Shown here: positions 22,130 through 33,599 of the stretch, one piece after another | Position numbering within the stretch: position 1 is the stretch's first letter | How the letters are laid out: every line of letters begins with the position of its first letter | DNA from: Marsupella aquatica | Taxonomy: Eukaryota; Plantae; Marchantiophyta | Direction: 5' to 3' | DNA length: 64,000 bases | Assembly (NCBI GenBank): GCA_973895155.1 | Contig: OZ316896.1 | Coordinates: forward strand, 12,318,549-12,382,548 | Made by a program: the position numbers and the translations under genes | The notes under the pieces: generated by a model | What the model was told of the DNA's origin: nothing | Seen by the model: the letters and a program-made list of their open reading frames with translations, nothing else | Database searches by the model: none

Positions 22130-25100
22130 TCATTTGCTGATAATCAATCTGCTCATTGTGAATAAGACCTCCTTACTCAGAACTCCAAATGTAGTATGGA
22201 AGAGGTCCAGCACCCTGGTCTCGATCCGTCGATATGTTTGGCTACCACGGCCATACATATCCTCAACCTGCACAAGCAATAAGGCAGCTCTCTCCAGTGC
22301 ACTTCCTGTCGTGTGCCCAATGCCCAGGATGGCTGTGTTTGTCATGAATTCCAGAATGTTCTCCAATCCCAAAATGAAATCATTCCTGTCTTTGCTACCC
22401 TGAAATCTAGAGATGTAAGCCTCAAGATGAGATGCACCGATCCAGGCTTTCTCTTTGTTCCCCAGCCCCTCCGCCTGAGCCAACAGGCCATCACACCAGT
22501 CGGCGAATTTCCGCAATTGCACAAGCGCAGGTTGTGGATTAGGGAGGAGGACACTCAGCGATTTCTCTCTTCCGCCAAACTGACGCTTCAGCGATTCTCC
22601 CCGCGCTCTCCCCAACAGCGCTCGATAATCTTTCGTCGGGAGAATGCTCTGATCAGTGAGGGACCTCTCTAGAATGCAACGCTCGCAATTGCACACGAAG
22701 CTCCACTCCGCAGACAATTTAGACCGGTCGATGCCGTTCTGGTAGACGTCAAAATAAGCGCGAGTCAGCTCCTCTCCCTGCTGGATACTTCTCGATGCGC
22801 GCACGAACATCGCGTCCCCGACATCGATCATGTGGCAATTCGGAACGCAGGAGTGGTTCATGAAAGACGGAAGGGCCCAGACACCCACGCGGATGGCGTC
22901 GTCCTTCTCAGCATACCGATTATTCTCATCAAGAGGGTTCAGACCGCCTTCAATAGAATTACGTACAGCTATACGAGAAATCCGCTGCAATTTCTGCGAC
23001 TCTTCATCGGGAATTTTGAGACTATCAAAGCCCTGTGGGGGCTTCACAAGTTGAGCTCCTGGGCTGAAGAGACTCATATCAGGGATTGCAATTTCGTCTT
23101 CAGGACTCCCACCACTGAGCGAGTAAAGCTGATAGATCTCTTTATCGGTTCGCAAAGGGGCGAGCCGATTGACAAAATCGTGAAGCCCGACTGGATCCGC
23201 ACCGGGCCTGCTCCTGCGCCATTTCGTGGTGAGGTGGCTGTAATCCTCCTCGTCTTCCGTATTGAGTTGCCAGCGGACTACAAGGAGAGGATTACTTACA
23301 AGAAGGAGGTCCCCGGCTTCAACATCATTGGTAACGAAAAGCCCTCGGCCTTTGCCGAGCACGCGACGGACCTCCACTGGTCCGACAAAGTCACTGCAAG
23401 ACGGTGGAGGGCCGCGGCAACCATTGACGAACCACCCGTCGAGATCGTAGATTCCTTTCTGCGACTGCCGGAGGGCAACTCTGCTCTTGGTGAGGAGATC
23501 ACTGATGGATTTGTCATGGGGGAACCTTTTTAGAGCCTCGTGGAAGACCAGACAAGCCTGTTCGTACTCTCCTAGCCCATGGAAAGCTCTGCCTCTCCGA
23601 ACCTCGTTAAGAAGGTTTTTCACTTCGTAGCCAACGACGCTTTTCGGATAATTATCGGCGATCTTGATCGCAGAGTCAGCATCGCGCAGAGATTTTTCGA
23701 AATCCCCTGTCCAAATCCAAGCTTCTGATCTGTGAGAGTACGCCTGAAACAGAGTCTGGATCACCTTGTCTCGGTTTCTCTGCGGCAGAGCGAATCCTGT
23801 CACTCTGTTGTAAAGCTTCACCGCATCCGACCAATTTCCTTGAGAAAGGATCACATCGGCTGACGACCGTAAGCTGTCCAGCCACGGTGCGAAAGAAGGC
23901 AACTCGGTATCAAGAGCAACATCACTAGTACCAACACCACCGGCCATTTCTTTCTGTGGTTCTGTACTAGAGCGAAGAGTGAGCTTCGAATCCGAAAACC
24001 CGGGAGGTAACGATGAATCACCCCATGCGCCGTTGGCGATCGTAGGCTTTCGTTCAATCACAGTATACTCTTGAATACTATCATCTGCATGAAGACCCTT
24101 CTCCACTTTCGAGCTGTCGGAAGTAGGTGAATCATTCTCCGAATCAGAATCAGAATCCGAACTTTGACTTCCAGAATCAACAGCAGCTGCCGCTGCCTTG
24201 TCCAGATTGGAAAACGTAGCTAGCGCTACTTTTGCAGAACTAGGTGGATCAGAGTTTGCCCTAGTTTGATCAACATTCGAACTAGGTCGACCAGCAGCAT
24301 TCGCACTCGAGAGCTTCTTAGAAGTAGAGGTTACAGATTTAATAACAGGAATAACAAGATTTCTTGACTCCGTATCCCTAGCTTTCGTTACCGTCACAGA
24401 TGAAGCTCCTGGCTTATTCTTCGAGTCAAGAGAGGCACTCTCTGGTGCGGGTGCAGGGGTAACAGGTTTCTTATTTTCAGCAACAACACGATTTTTCGAC
24501 TCCGTACCCCTAAATTTCGTTTTCGTCACAGATGAAGCTGATGACTTCTTCTTCGAGTCAACAGAGGTACTCTCTGCAATGGGTGCAGTGGCAATAGTCG
24601 CAGATGAAGCAACTGGCTTATTCTTCGAGGTAAGAGAGGCACTCTCTGGAGTGGGTGCAGAGGAAACAGGTTTTGAATTTTCAGCAACAACATGATTTAT
24701 CGACTCCGTATCCTTAACTTTCGTTATCGTCACAGATGAAGCTGATGGCTTCTTCTTCGAGTCAACAGAGGCACTCTCGGGAGTGGTTGCAGGGGAAATA
24801 GTCACAGATGAGGCTGCTGGCTTATTCTTCGAGTCACCAGAGGCACTCTCCGGAGTAGGTGGACGGGTAACAGGTTTCGAATTTTCACCATCTACAAGAT
24901 TTATCGACTCCGTATCCGCAACTTCCCTTATAGTCACAGATGAAGCTGATGGCTTAGTCTTCGACTCAACAAGGACACTCTCTGGAGTAGGTGGAGGGGT
25001 AACAGGCTTCGAATTTTCAGTAACAACAAGATTTTTCGGCTCTGTATCGACAACTTTCCTTACAGTCACAGATGAAGCTGATGGCTTAGCCTTCGACTCG

Positions 25101-26296
25101 ACAGAGGCACTCTCTGGAGTCGGTTGAGGGAAAATAGTCACAGATGAAGCAGCTGGCTTATTCTTCGAGTCAACAGACGCACTCGCTAGAGTAGGTGCAG
25201 GGGAAACAGCTTTCGAATTTTTGCCGTTACCTATTGAAACACCAGATGAGGGAGGATTAGATTTGGTGGTGGTCTTACCCTTCGAAGACGTTGGTGCTGA
25301 CTGAGTTTCATCTGTCGGCTTGACCTTTGAGGCCAAAGCCTTGTCTGCAGCATTGGTATCCTCAACTGGTACTTTCGATTTGCTGGCGGGAGTTTGCACT
25401 TTGCCGAACCCCTGCCAAGCCCGGTCTCTGCGCGAGAGACTTTTAAGGTGATTCGGATCGAATTCCAGTGCCTTGTTGGCATCATCCAGCGCATTCTTAT
25501 AATTCGACACCTGCAACCAGACTTCGGACCGATTGGAATAAGCAAGGAGCAAACGCTGGTCAATCTTCTCGTTCTCCTCTCCTTCCTCGAGAATAGCACT
25601 GCCCCGCATAATGCATTTCCGATACTGCCCAATTGCTTCTTTCCACTTCTGCTCAGTGAACAGCTTGTTGCCCTCGGCTCGGATAGCATCTAGCTCTTTC
25701 AGTATACCTTCCAAAACTTCGTCAACAGAACCAGAATCAATTCTCAGAATCTCCTTGTTAGCATCATTGACAAAAACGACGTCCGCGGGATTCTCCACGC
25801 GTATGACGACATTGCCGTCTTCGCAGAACCTGAGGTAGGGCTCCTTGATGGCGGCCTTTCGTCCTGGCGGAAATCGAGCTTCAATCTCCTGAGCTGACAG
25901 CGAGAGCGGCAAATTGAGAATGGAGAGCGAAGCAGCTTTCCCGGACTTGTCGGCCAGGATGGAAGAGATGACGGAGGCAGACATCTTGAAAGGCTGCACA
26001 CATAAAGTCCCGAACAGTACTCGGCCATGGTGCCGCTTGTCAATTTCCAGCTGTCGAAGGAATATCTCTTTGAGAGAAGAGAGAGGCTGTGAACTGAGAC
26101 TGGTCGACGGCGATGATTTCAGCGATTCCGCACTTCCAGCGATGCATGCTTTCTCTAATTTCTGCTTTCCGTTACGCTGCGGCTCCTGTTCAGTCGCGAC
26201 CCGGCTTTTCTCATGCGCAGTCACCAAATTTTTCTTGTTGAAGCATTCTTTCGCAAGTTCCTTTGGCCTGCTCCGAGAGCCATTGCTCGTAGCCAT
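22130..26296 (-). CDS. Single-exon TPR + SET/post-SET protein lysine methyltransferase (SMYD/ATXR1-SDG35-like C-terminal half) with an extra N-terminal domain, a second TPR block and an S/T/P/K-rich repeat region
   Basis: GRGLFVTNDVEAGDLL, SFMNHSCVPNC, GEELTRAYFD, FVCNCERC; TPRs EGNKLF..AIGQY..AYSNRS..ALDDANKAL; uninterrupted 1388-aa ORF. Confidence 0.92.
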   Translation of the reverse strand: MATSNGSRSRPKELAKECFNKKNLVTAHEKSRVATEQEPQRNGKQKLEKACIAGSAESLKSSPSTSLSSQPLSSLKEIFLRQLEIDKRHHGRVLFGTLCVQPFKMSASVISSILADKSGKAASLSILNLPLSLSAQEIEARFPPGRKAAIKEPYLRFCEDGNVVIRVENPADVVFVNDANKEILRIDSGSVDEVLEGILKELDAIRAEGNKLFTEQKWKEAIGQYRKCIMRGSAILEEGEENEKIDQRLLLAYSNRSEVWLQVSNYKNALDDANKALEFDPNHLKSLSRRDRAWQGFGKVQTPASKSKVPVEDTNAADKALASKVKPTDETQSAPTSSKGKTTTKSNPPSSGVSIGNGKNSKAVSPAPTLASASVDSKNKPAASSVTIFPQPTPESASVESKAKPSASSVTVRKVVDTEPKNLVVTENSKPVTPPPTPESVLVESKTKPSASSVTIREVADTESINLVDGENSKPVTRPPTPESASGDSKNKPAASSVTISPATTPESASVDSKKKPSASSVTITKVKDTESINHVVAENSKPVSSAPTPESASLTSKNKPVASSATIATAPIAESTSVDSKKKSSASSVTKTKFRGTESKNRVVAENKKPVTPAPAPESASLDSKNKPGASSVTVTKARDTESRNLVIPVIKSVTSTSKKLSSANAAGRPSSNVDQTRANSDPPSSAKVALATFSNLDKAAAAAVDSGSQSSDSDSDSENDSPTSDSSKVEKGLHADDSIQEYTVIERKPTIANGAWGDSSLPPGFSDSKLTLRSSTEPQKEMAGGVGTSDVALDTELPSFAPWLDSLRSSADVILSQGNWSDAVKLYNRVTGFALPQRNRDKVIQTLFQAYSHRSEAWIWTGDFEKSLRDADSAIKIADNYPKSVVGYEVKNLLNEVRRGRAFHGLGEYEQACLVFHEALKRFPHDKSISDLLTKSRVALRQSQKGIYDLDGWFVNGCRGPPPSCSDFVGPVEVRRVLGKGRGLFVTNDVEAGDLLLVSNPLLVVRWQLNTEDEEDYSHLTTKWRRSRPGADPVGLHDFVNRLAPLRTDKEIYQLYSLSGGSPEDEIAIPDMSLFSPGAQLVKPPQGFDSLKIPDEESQKLQRISRIAVRNSIEGGLNPLDENNRYAEKDDAIRVGVWALPSFMNHSCVPNCHMIDVGDAMFVRASRSIQQGEELTRAYFDVYQNGIDRSKLSAEWSFVCNCERCILERSLTDQSILPTKDYRALLGRARGESLKRQFGGREKSLSVLLPNPQPALVQLRKFADWCDGLLAQAEGLGNKEKAWIGASHLEAYISRFQGSKDRNDFILGLENILEFMTNTAILGIGHTTGSALERAALLLVQVEDMYGRGSQTYRRIETRVLDLFHTTFGVLSKEVLFTMSRLIISK
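24355..25230 (-). repeat. In-frame coding tandem repeats (8 copies of an ESASxDSKxKPxASSVT core, long and short units interspersed)
   Basis: Visible in protein and DNA (GTCACAGATGAAGCT.. recurring). Confidence 0.92.
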
Positions 26297-26394
26297 GGGA
26301 CTCTACAAATACACCACGGTTCGCATCAATCGATGCATTTACAACATCATCTTGACCCTTGAGAAATCATTGTGAGAGACCAGCTTTATAAGAA

Positions 26395-26541
26395 AGTAGG
26401 AAAGAGGAACCGAAAGAATATTAAAGCAAGTCCAGAAAATTCGTGAGGGAAATGGAGCAACATCAAAAGAGTAGGAAAGAGGAACCGACAGAATATTCAA
26501 GCAAGTCCAGAAAATTCGTAAGGGAAATGGAGCAACATCAC
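26395..26541. repeat. 75-bp tandem duplication upstream of the TPR-SET gene
   Basis: AGTAGGAAAGAGGAACCGA.AGAATATT.AAGCAAGTCCAGAAAATTCGT..GGAAATGGAGCAACATCA x2. Confidence 0.9.
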
Positions 26542-27312
26542 AAGATTACATATCGTCCTACCTGACGGTTGAGGTCCTCTGCTTTCAACCCAATCGAGAT
26601 TCTGCGGACGAGCGGTCTTACATACTGCTAACCATTGCCTCCATGAGATAAATTTAGTCAGAAATCCCGGTCTAATCTGTGCTCTCAGAAATGTGCTCCT
26701 CTGCTCTTCTTTATTCAAAGTACTGTCCGTGCTGGCGTGCGCAAGTACCGCAGAGTGAACCACAAACAAGGTGAACTCGAATGGCATTACCCTAAATACA
26801 TCAGCAGCAAGACACCGTGAGCTTCATCCTACCCCGACATGCATATGCCGGGACTTCTACTCCACCAACAGATCGAAATCGCCGAAAATCGGAACACCCT
26901 GACTTACAATCGGATGGTGGCAGCTCCAGTCTTAACACTAGGTATCTCGTTCGACAATCGACAACGCTGATCCCGTCTCTGCTCCTCCTCCTCCTCTGTC
27001 TCCTCTAGTCGAACACTGATCATTCAAAAATGTCCCTAAACCTTTCCCACCACCCTCCAAATATCTTCTTGTTCCTATTCTCACCAGATCTGAGATTACA
27101 TTCCGAACGACTCCTTTCAAAACCGCATCAAAATCATCTTCTCCCGCTCGTGCTCCACAACCTTCCGCAGTTCCGCTGAACCCGTCGAACTCCTCGTTGA
27201 GAAGGTAAAAGGCAATGGATTCTGCGAAAACAATGCAGAGAGCAGACCAACGAAGAAAACCACTGTACCGACTAGTAAGGAGAGAACAAGTTCCTTCGAT
27301 GGTATTGAATCG

Positions 27313-28310
27313 AAGAGTGGGAACAGAAGAATTATGATGGATCGATCAACAGTAAACTTTACTTCTGAACTGTAAACTCCATGCTATGAACTGATTACTC
27401 TAAACTAGATAACTTACGGTGTAACTTACACAGTGTGGAGGGTATGTGTGTTTGGGTGGGGTGTAATGGTGAGAGTACTGGTTTCTCCTCAGCCCCTGGC
27501 TGGTCCGCGTCCCGCTTTGGGGCTCTAGTTCAACCCTAACTCCTCCCGGTCGCGGCCCCTCTCGGATCCCTTTGTGTGACCCCCTTGTGGCTACCCTACA
27601 AAGACACATGCTTTGGAGTAGATAGTCTATCCTCTATTGGATGGGTTTTGCTTTCAGTTTCAAGGCAAATAAAAGAGTGGGAACAGAAGAATTATGATGG
27701 ATTGATCAACAGGATAGTTTTACCTGTGAACTGTAAACTGTAAACTCCATGGTATGACCTGAATACCATAAAGTTTATGGTGTACACTGTAAACTATAAG
27801 GACTTTGTGGTGTAACTGGGTTATGGTCGTATGTGTGTCTTGTCTGCCTAGTCTGCTTTTGGTTTCAGGCCAAATAGAAGAGTGGAAACAGGAGAATTAT
27901 GATTGATTGATCAACAGGAAAGCTTACTTGTAAACTGTAATCTCTATGGTATGAACTGAATACAGTAAACTTTATGGTGTAACTGTGTGTGGGTGGGTGT
28001 AGTGATGGGAGTATTGGTTTTCTCCGCAGCCCCTGGCTGGTCCGCTTTGGGGCTCTGGTTCAAGCCTCTCTCCCTCCTGGTTTGAGTCCATGTCCAATCC
28101 CTGGGTATGACCCCCTTGTGGCTGGGCATGCTCCAGAATAGATTTGCTATCCTGGGTTGGATGGTGCAAAGAAAAGAATGGGAACAGTAGAGTTATGATT
28201 GATCAACAGAAAAGTTCAGTTCAAAACTGTTAACTCCATGGTATGAACTGAATACCAAAACTTTATGACGTACAGTGTAAACTATATGATCTTTATAGTG
28301 TAACTATAAA
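27313..28310. repeat. Higher-order repeat: 4 units starting AAGAGTGGGAACAG..ATTATGAT..GATCAACAG; units 1 and 3 carry a GC-rich, SINE-like insert
   Basis: Unit starts near 27313, 27672, 27878, 28174; insert CAGCCCCTGGCTGGTCCGC..TTTGGGGCTCT.GTTCAA x2. Confidence 0.8.
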
Positions 28311-30321
28311 CTATAAACTTTTTCTTTTTTTCTTATCTTGAATGGAGCAGGTTACCGAGAAAAGTAAAACCCAATAGAACAGGGAGTAACTGGCCAGACC
28401 CGATATAGGTAGGGGACCAATAACAACGCGAGGATCAAACACATTTGATAGTGAGGGCACAAGGCAAAAAGGAACCAGTGAAAAATAAACTTTTGTCACC
28501 CACCAGAGATCCACCGTAAACATGAGGGCTGATTCAATCCAGAGCCCAGAAAGAGATACAACAAAACTTAGATCTGAACAACCCAACAGTGACAACAATC
28601 CAAAACAAGGATAATCTATATGCATAGACCATTAACTACCAAACTTGGAACAATCACCAAAAAGTGAACTCAAGTACCACAATCAACCTATTCAAGGTGA
28701 TAGAAACACCACAAGGGACTCCAGTCCAAACTCTTAAACTTGAGGCAGAACACCGGGAGGTGTAAATTGCAAAGTGTAAACCATAAATATATATATTGTA
28801 AGGTGTACACCTAAACAATACCTTAGCAATTGGGGCGACACTGTCACTCTGTAAAGGGGACCATGTTAAACAAGAGGCAGAGAGCTTCTGGAGTCTGTCT
28901 GCAAAGTCGACACCCATCTCCCCTGCGTGTGGATGCACGCTGACTGGTGTAGGCTTAAAGGATGGGAAGCTCTTAGTAGGACATTTTGTTTGACGGCACG
29001 GCAGGAAAAGCCAGTTTCTCCCGGTACGCAAGCCTCTACAGTGATCGCTTGACGAATGTTTGTTGTTTGGGTTTTGCGTTTAGAGGAATCTGGGATATCG
29101 ATGCTAGGAGAAATGTCCCTCTCATGTATGCTCGTTATGGGTTTTCCGGTTTCTATATTCAATCTATCTGTTCCACAAGTCCATTTCGTTACGGTAAGTA
29201 GGCAACTCGGACTGTTATGCAAAGGAATGCGACTTGCCAAAGGCGACTGTATTCTACGTCTATTTATTATGATGAAGCAAAACCCTTGAATTCCTCAAAG
29301 AGATAGCATGTTTTGAAATCGTTTGAACTTGATTTCTACAGGTATGGGTATAGGTTACTATGACCAAGGCAAAGGGGTTCACACTGTCATAGTATCACCC
29401 CAGTCACCGGGATCTTCTCCCTGCTCATATACCACTTATGACCCATTGCTGTCACCGAGTTCTTCTTACTGGAGTGTACCATCCGTTGTGACTCAATGTT
29501 GGAATGAGTTGAATAAATGAATTCAATTGAATTTCACCACATCCTCAACTAGGCGCGCTTCAGATAGAGGAGCTGTTAATGACTCCAAACATTCCTAAAT
29601 GAGATTTCAACCAAATATAACACGTTGCAATTTCATTGGCTAAAATTTCGTGAGATCACAGGACAAAACTAAGAACTTGATTCTGCAAGAAAAGAAAACA
29701 CCATATATCCAAATCTTAAGCTAACCTCTATTAGTGTAGTCGTATGTACAACATTGATACAGGAGGATGATTTGATATACAGAGTAGTATATATAGATCA
29801 CAAGAGACAGCTATATAAGAACCTTCAAATAGAAGTACCGCGACTGATCTTGAGACAAATCTGTAGAACCCATAGAACAGAAAAGACTGCCAAAAACGCA
29901 GCAGGAAAACTTCACGATTCATTTAAGCTGAGGCATCCAGGAGCGTCAAAATCAATGTCAGCAAATGACATTCTTATGACCCCGGTAGATATCATTCAAC
30001 TGTGCGATTCAAAAGAGCTTTCCAGTTTGAAGAGGGTTCAAACATGAACATTCAAGAAGGTAGGCGACTAGTCACCACTACGACATCTATACACTTTACT
30101 ATATACATCTAAAAGCTTCCAACGACATAACTAGCAGATTCAATCATCTAGCCTTCTGAATGCAACATCATCAAGCACTTCAAAGAATTGAGCTGCAACA
30201 ACGACAAACCATGTGAGAGTAAGTCGTAGCGTCTGTCCGTGTTCTCAGCTCCAGAGGTCCATTCTACCGTTTATACACATAGTACCCGAGAGCTATTACA
30301 GTGCCCTAGTTCCAGGTTTTC

Positions 30322-32103
30322 CTACAGGAGGGGGTACTGGTCGTCGAAGAAATTATAAGGCTGGTCATTGGCATGCCATGGAATATCGTAACCACGATAA
30401 ATCTTTCCCTTCATTTCATGGAACAAGTTGAGGTTGTCCACCAACTTGTGAAACACAAGACACCCCTTACACTGCAGAAGCGAGAACCAGATCATTAGTT
30501 GCTGAAGGGAGCATCCCGACGAGATGAGGAAATGTCCTAAAGAAATCTGTTACAAAACTTGATCCCAATGGTAACAACTTTGACAATCAAGTGACAAGGC
30601 AAAAAACAAGTAGGGTATACCTGCACAAAGACGGTGCCATCGGTATAAGCGAGAGGGTTCATTGCACGGATGGTTCTTTCCCCACACACATTGCAGGTGA
30701 ATGCCACCCTCATCTTTCTCCTTGGAGACTTGCTCAAATCAGGAAACTTCAGTTCCTCTTTGCTCTCAGGCTCTACGCCGCCGGCAGGGCCCTCCAACCC
30801 CGAGCCAGTGGTCCAACTAGTTCCAGCAGCTTCGCGTAACACCAACCCCATAGCCACATCCTACAAAACATTCCACAAAGTATGCATCCATAAACAAGTG
30901 GGAAACGGGCTCCAGCATACTACAAAACGAACAATTATTCTCTCCCTCCTGCCAACATGGAACGGCTGATTGTGAACACCACTTTAAATTTACCCGTGGA
31001 GAGCAAGTCGTGCTAAACATTCCACTGCCTCTACAGGCAGCGTCCTTGCTTGTGTATCCGAAGGTTCGTTCGAGAAATCAATATACATATCGACTGAAAT
31101 CAGTATTCTTCATTTTTTCATTTGAACCTTCAGGTTCTTACATTCATACTTAGCATACGTATTAATTAATTCCTTCCCAAACCGACAGTACTGTATTTGT
31201 TGTCCCTCGGCCCAGTTGCGGATCTATGGACAATTCTATTTTGCAAGTGATGTCTCATTGACAACAGATTGTCTTCACCTAGCAACTTGCCCTATAAGGC
31301 CACTGAGCTCTAAATCCAAGTCGACTCCAATCCCCCTTACGAATTCGTTCGTACTTCCACACTCGATGCAGAGGTAGGACGAACCCTGAAGACATTGGCA
31401 TTCCAGAAGTCCTTCCTCGCAGAAAATGCATGCTAAGAATCCTCAGGGTCGTTTCAGCTACCTCCACGCCGTTAACCAGACAACAGTTGGGATAACAACG
31501 AGCTGTGTTCGGCACTGGAAGAATGGCAGACCTGAGTCAGACGCTGAAGTTTGTTTCCTTTAGCGGGCGAAAGAACAATTCCCTCTTGCTGCATCTCCGG
31601 CGAGGTGCTCCACCTGATGGGAGTATCGATGGTGGACTCATCCTCGTTTTCCAGCCCAGCTGCAGAGCAAATAGTTAATTTAGATAGCTTCGAAGCTCCT
31701 TCTCGAAAGTTCCGGATAGCATCAACTTGAGAGAATGTAGGCTCAAAAATCACGACGGGGATTCCAAACGGTAGAGCAGAGGAATTCAGTGCAAATTGAC
31801 AAATTCTGTGTATACAGAAGACGCACCACTTGAGGCAGAAGACGAATCTTCCACGGAATCTGGAAAACTTCCGGCGGCCCTTAGAACCGTACATGGAAAG
31901 CTTGACGAAGTCCGAAACTGAATTCCAGAAGATCCGATCTTATCACCACTATAATGCGCCTTCGCAACTCCCCGCTCATTGCGAACAGGCAGTGTCTGAG
32001 AAGTCGGAGAGCAATCACGAAGACACTTCGACACAGATAGGTGCGCAGAAGAACTCAAGCCCACGCACGGCGCTAACGTCTGCAATACTACCGAATTTGC
32101 CAT
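30322..32103 (-). CDS. DNL-type (Zim17/Hep) zinc-finger Hsp70 escort protein, probably plastid-targeted; exons 32103-31827, 31659-31532, 30860-30621, 30471-30322 (264 aa)
   Basis: WTTGSGLEGP..PRRKMRVAFTCNVCGERTIRAMNPLAYTDGTVFVQ|CKGCLVFHKLVDNLNLF; phase-consistent GT-AG junctions; Ser-rich N-terminus. Confidence 0.9.
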
Positions 32104-33599
32104 GGTCAAGCTTCCGAAACGAGGATCAGCAGAATCAGAGCCTTTCGGACACTCGTGCCACAGAACCTGATTCTCACCCAACCTTGCGATTGATCGATTC
32201 CCTTCCTCGAGACCAGAAGAATTTTATCGAACCCTAATATAAGAAGAACACTGAAACGACTCGTCTTCCTCGAGTAAATTCTTGAGCAATGCGAGTTCGA
32301 TTCAATTCTCGACCAATTCTTTCAAAGCGCGTTCGTTGGGTCTTCGGCATGCCCTCTCCACACTCAGCTCGTTATCTTTCCACTTTGTCGGTAAAGTGTG
32401 CCGATCCATCCAATCCCAAGAAAAGAGACAAACCATCATCACGGTGCGTTCTCCATTCCTTACTATTCAAGGCACGAAGGTGTGCGCAACACCGGCGACG
32501 CGAGACGACGCGGATACCGACGGCCGTTCACTAGGAGACGGCGATGATCCCTAGATTTCCGACGCCAGCCTAGTTTACTGGCCTCTGATCCGGCGGCCGA
32601 TGTGGTTCGGCCTGTTTTGGGTGAATTTCGGCCGTGGATTCTTGGCGGGCTTGAGATAAAGATGCATGGCTTTGTCTGAGGCGTGCCGACGGCGATAGAC
32701 TCGCGAAATTCGCCATGAGAGGCGATGTTACTTACCGTCGACGGCACCGCATCCAGATTAATTTGTGCTCACTTATGAATAACCGTGGGCTTCGGGGTAT
32801 TGGACAATGAGAGTTTCAATTGGCATTGTTTGTAGTATTGGGGAATGGTGACAATTTTATTTTATTTGAGAGTGGCTTTATAAGATTTCTTGGGCAAGTG
32901 ATTTTTTTTCACCAAAGCAAATTGTAATAGCACCACGGCGGGAGATAGGATCACAAAGACAGTAGACCCAGTAATAGGGGAACCAAGGAAACAACCCAGG
33001 AGAGCCAAAAAGCCAAAGATTCCTTTGGCAAAAGAACTAAAGCCCAATGGATCAGTACACCCAGAACTAAATCCGTTAAAGCTTTGGCATTAAGAGCTTA
33101 GCAGGGTCCTTTATTTTTTATGGAGGGAGAGAAGCTTTGGAAATAAGAGATTAGCAGGGTCCTTCATTTTTTATGGAGGGAGAGGCCCCATGGGATGCAA
33201 TGACTAGGGTCTCCTCACAAAATTAGACCTTACCCAAAACACTAGATCCATATTTTCCCTTCAATCTCAACCCACTTTGGATAAGCTCAGCCCCACTTAA
33301 CATAGGCAACTCCTCAACATGAGCCAGGTGTGACTGTTTGAAATGTTCTTTGCTTTTAAATATTTACACCTTTGTAGGTTTGATTGACTTGGGCCAAAAA
33401 ACCTAGAAATTGGATGAAAAACCTAACAAATCACCTCAAGATGGATAACGCCAAGGCCCATTTTATGCAGATTTCTAGGTCACCAATGGTGCTCTCCTGA
33501 GATGGGGAGAGTAAACTCTTAATTGGGCCTTAGGTTATGTAAAGGGGCCTTAAGAGGGAGAACTAATACAGAATGTGTGGGAAACTTTGAAGCAATGGC

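Noticed and set aside
22832-23533. 233-aa ORF antisense to the SET domain, and similar shadow ORFs over eRF1, ZNF598 and the ankyrin gene
   Set aside because: Opposite-strand shadows of real coding sequence with no independent motifs
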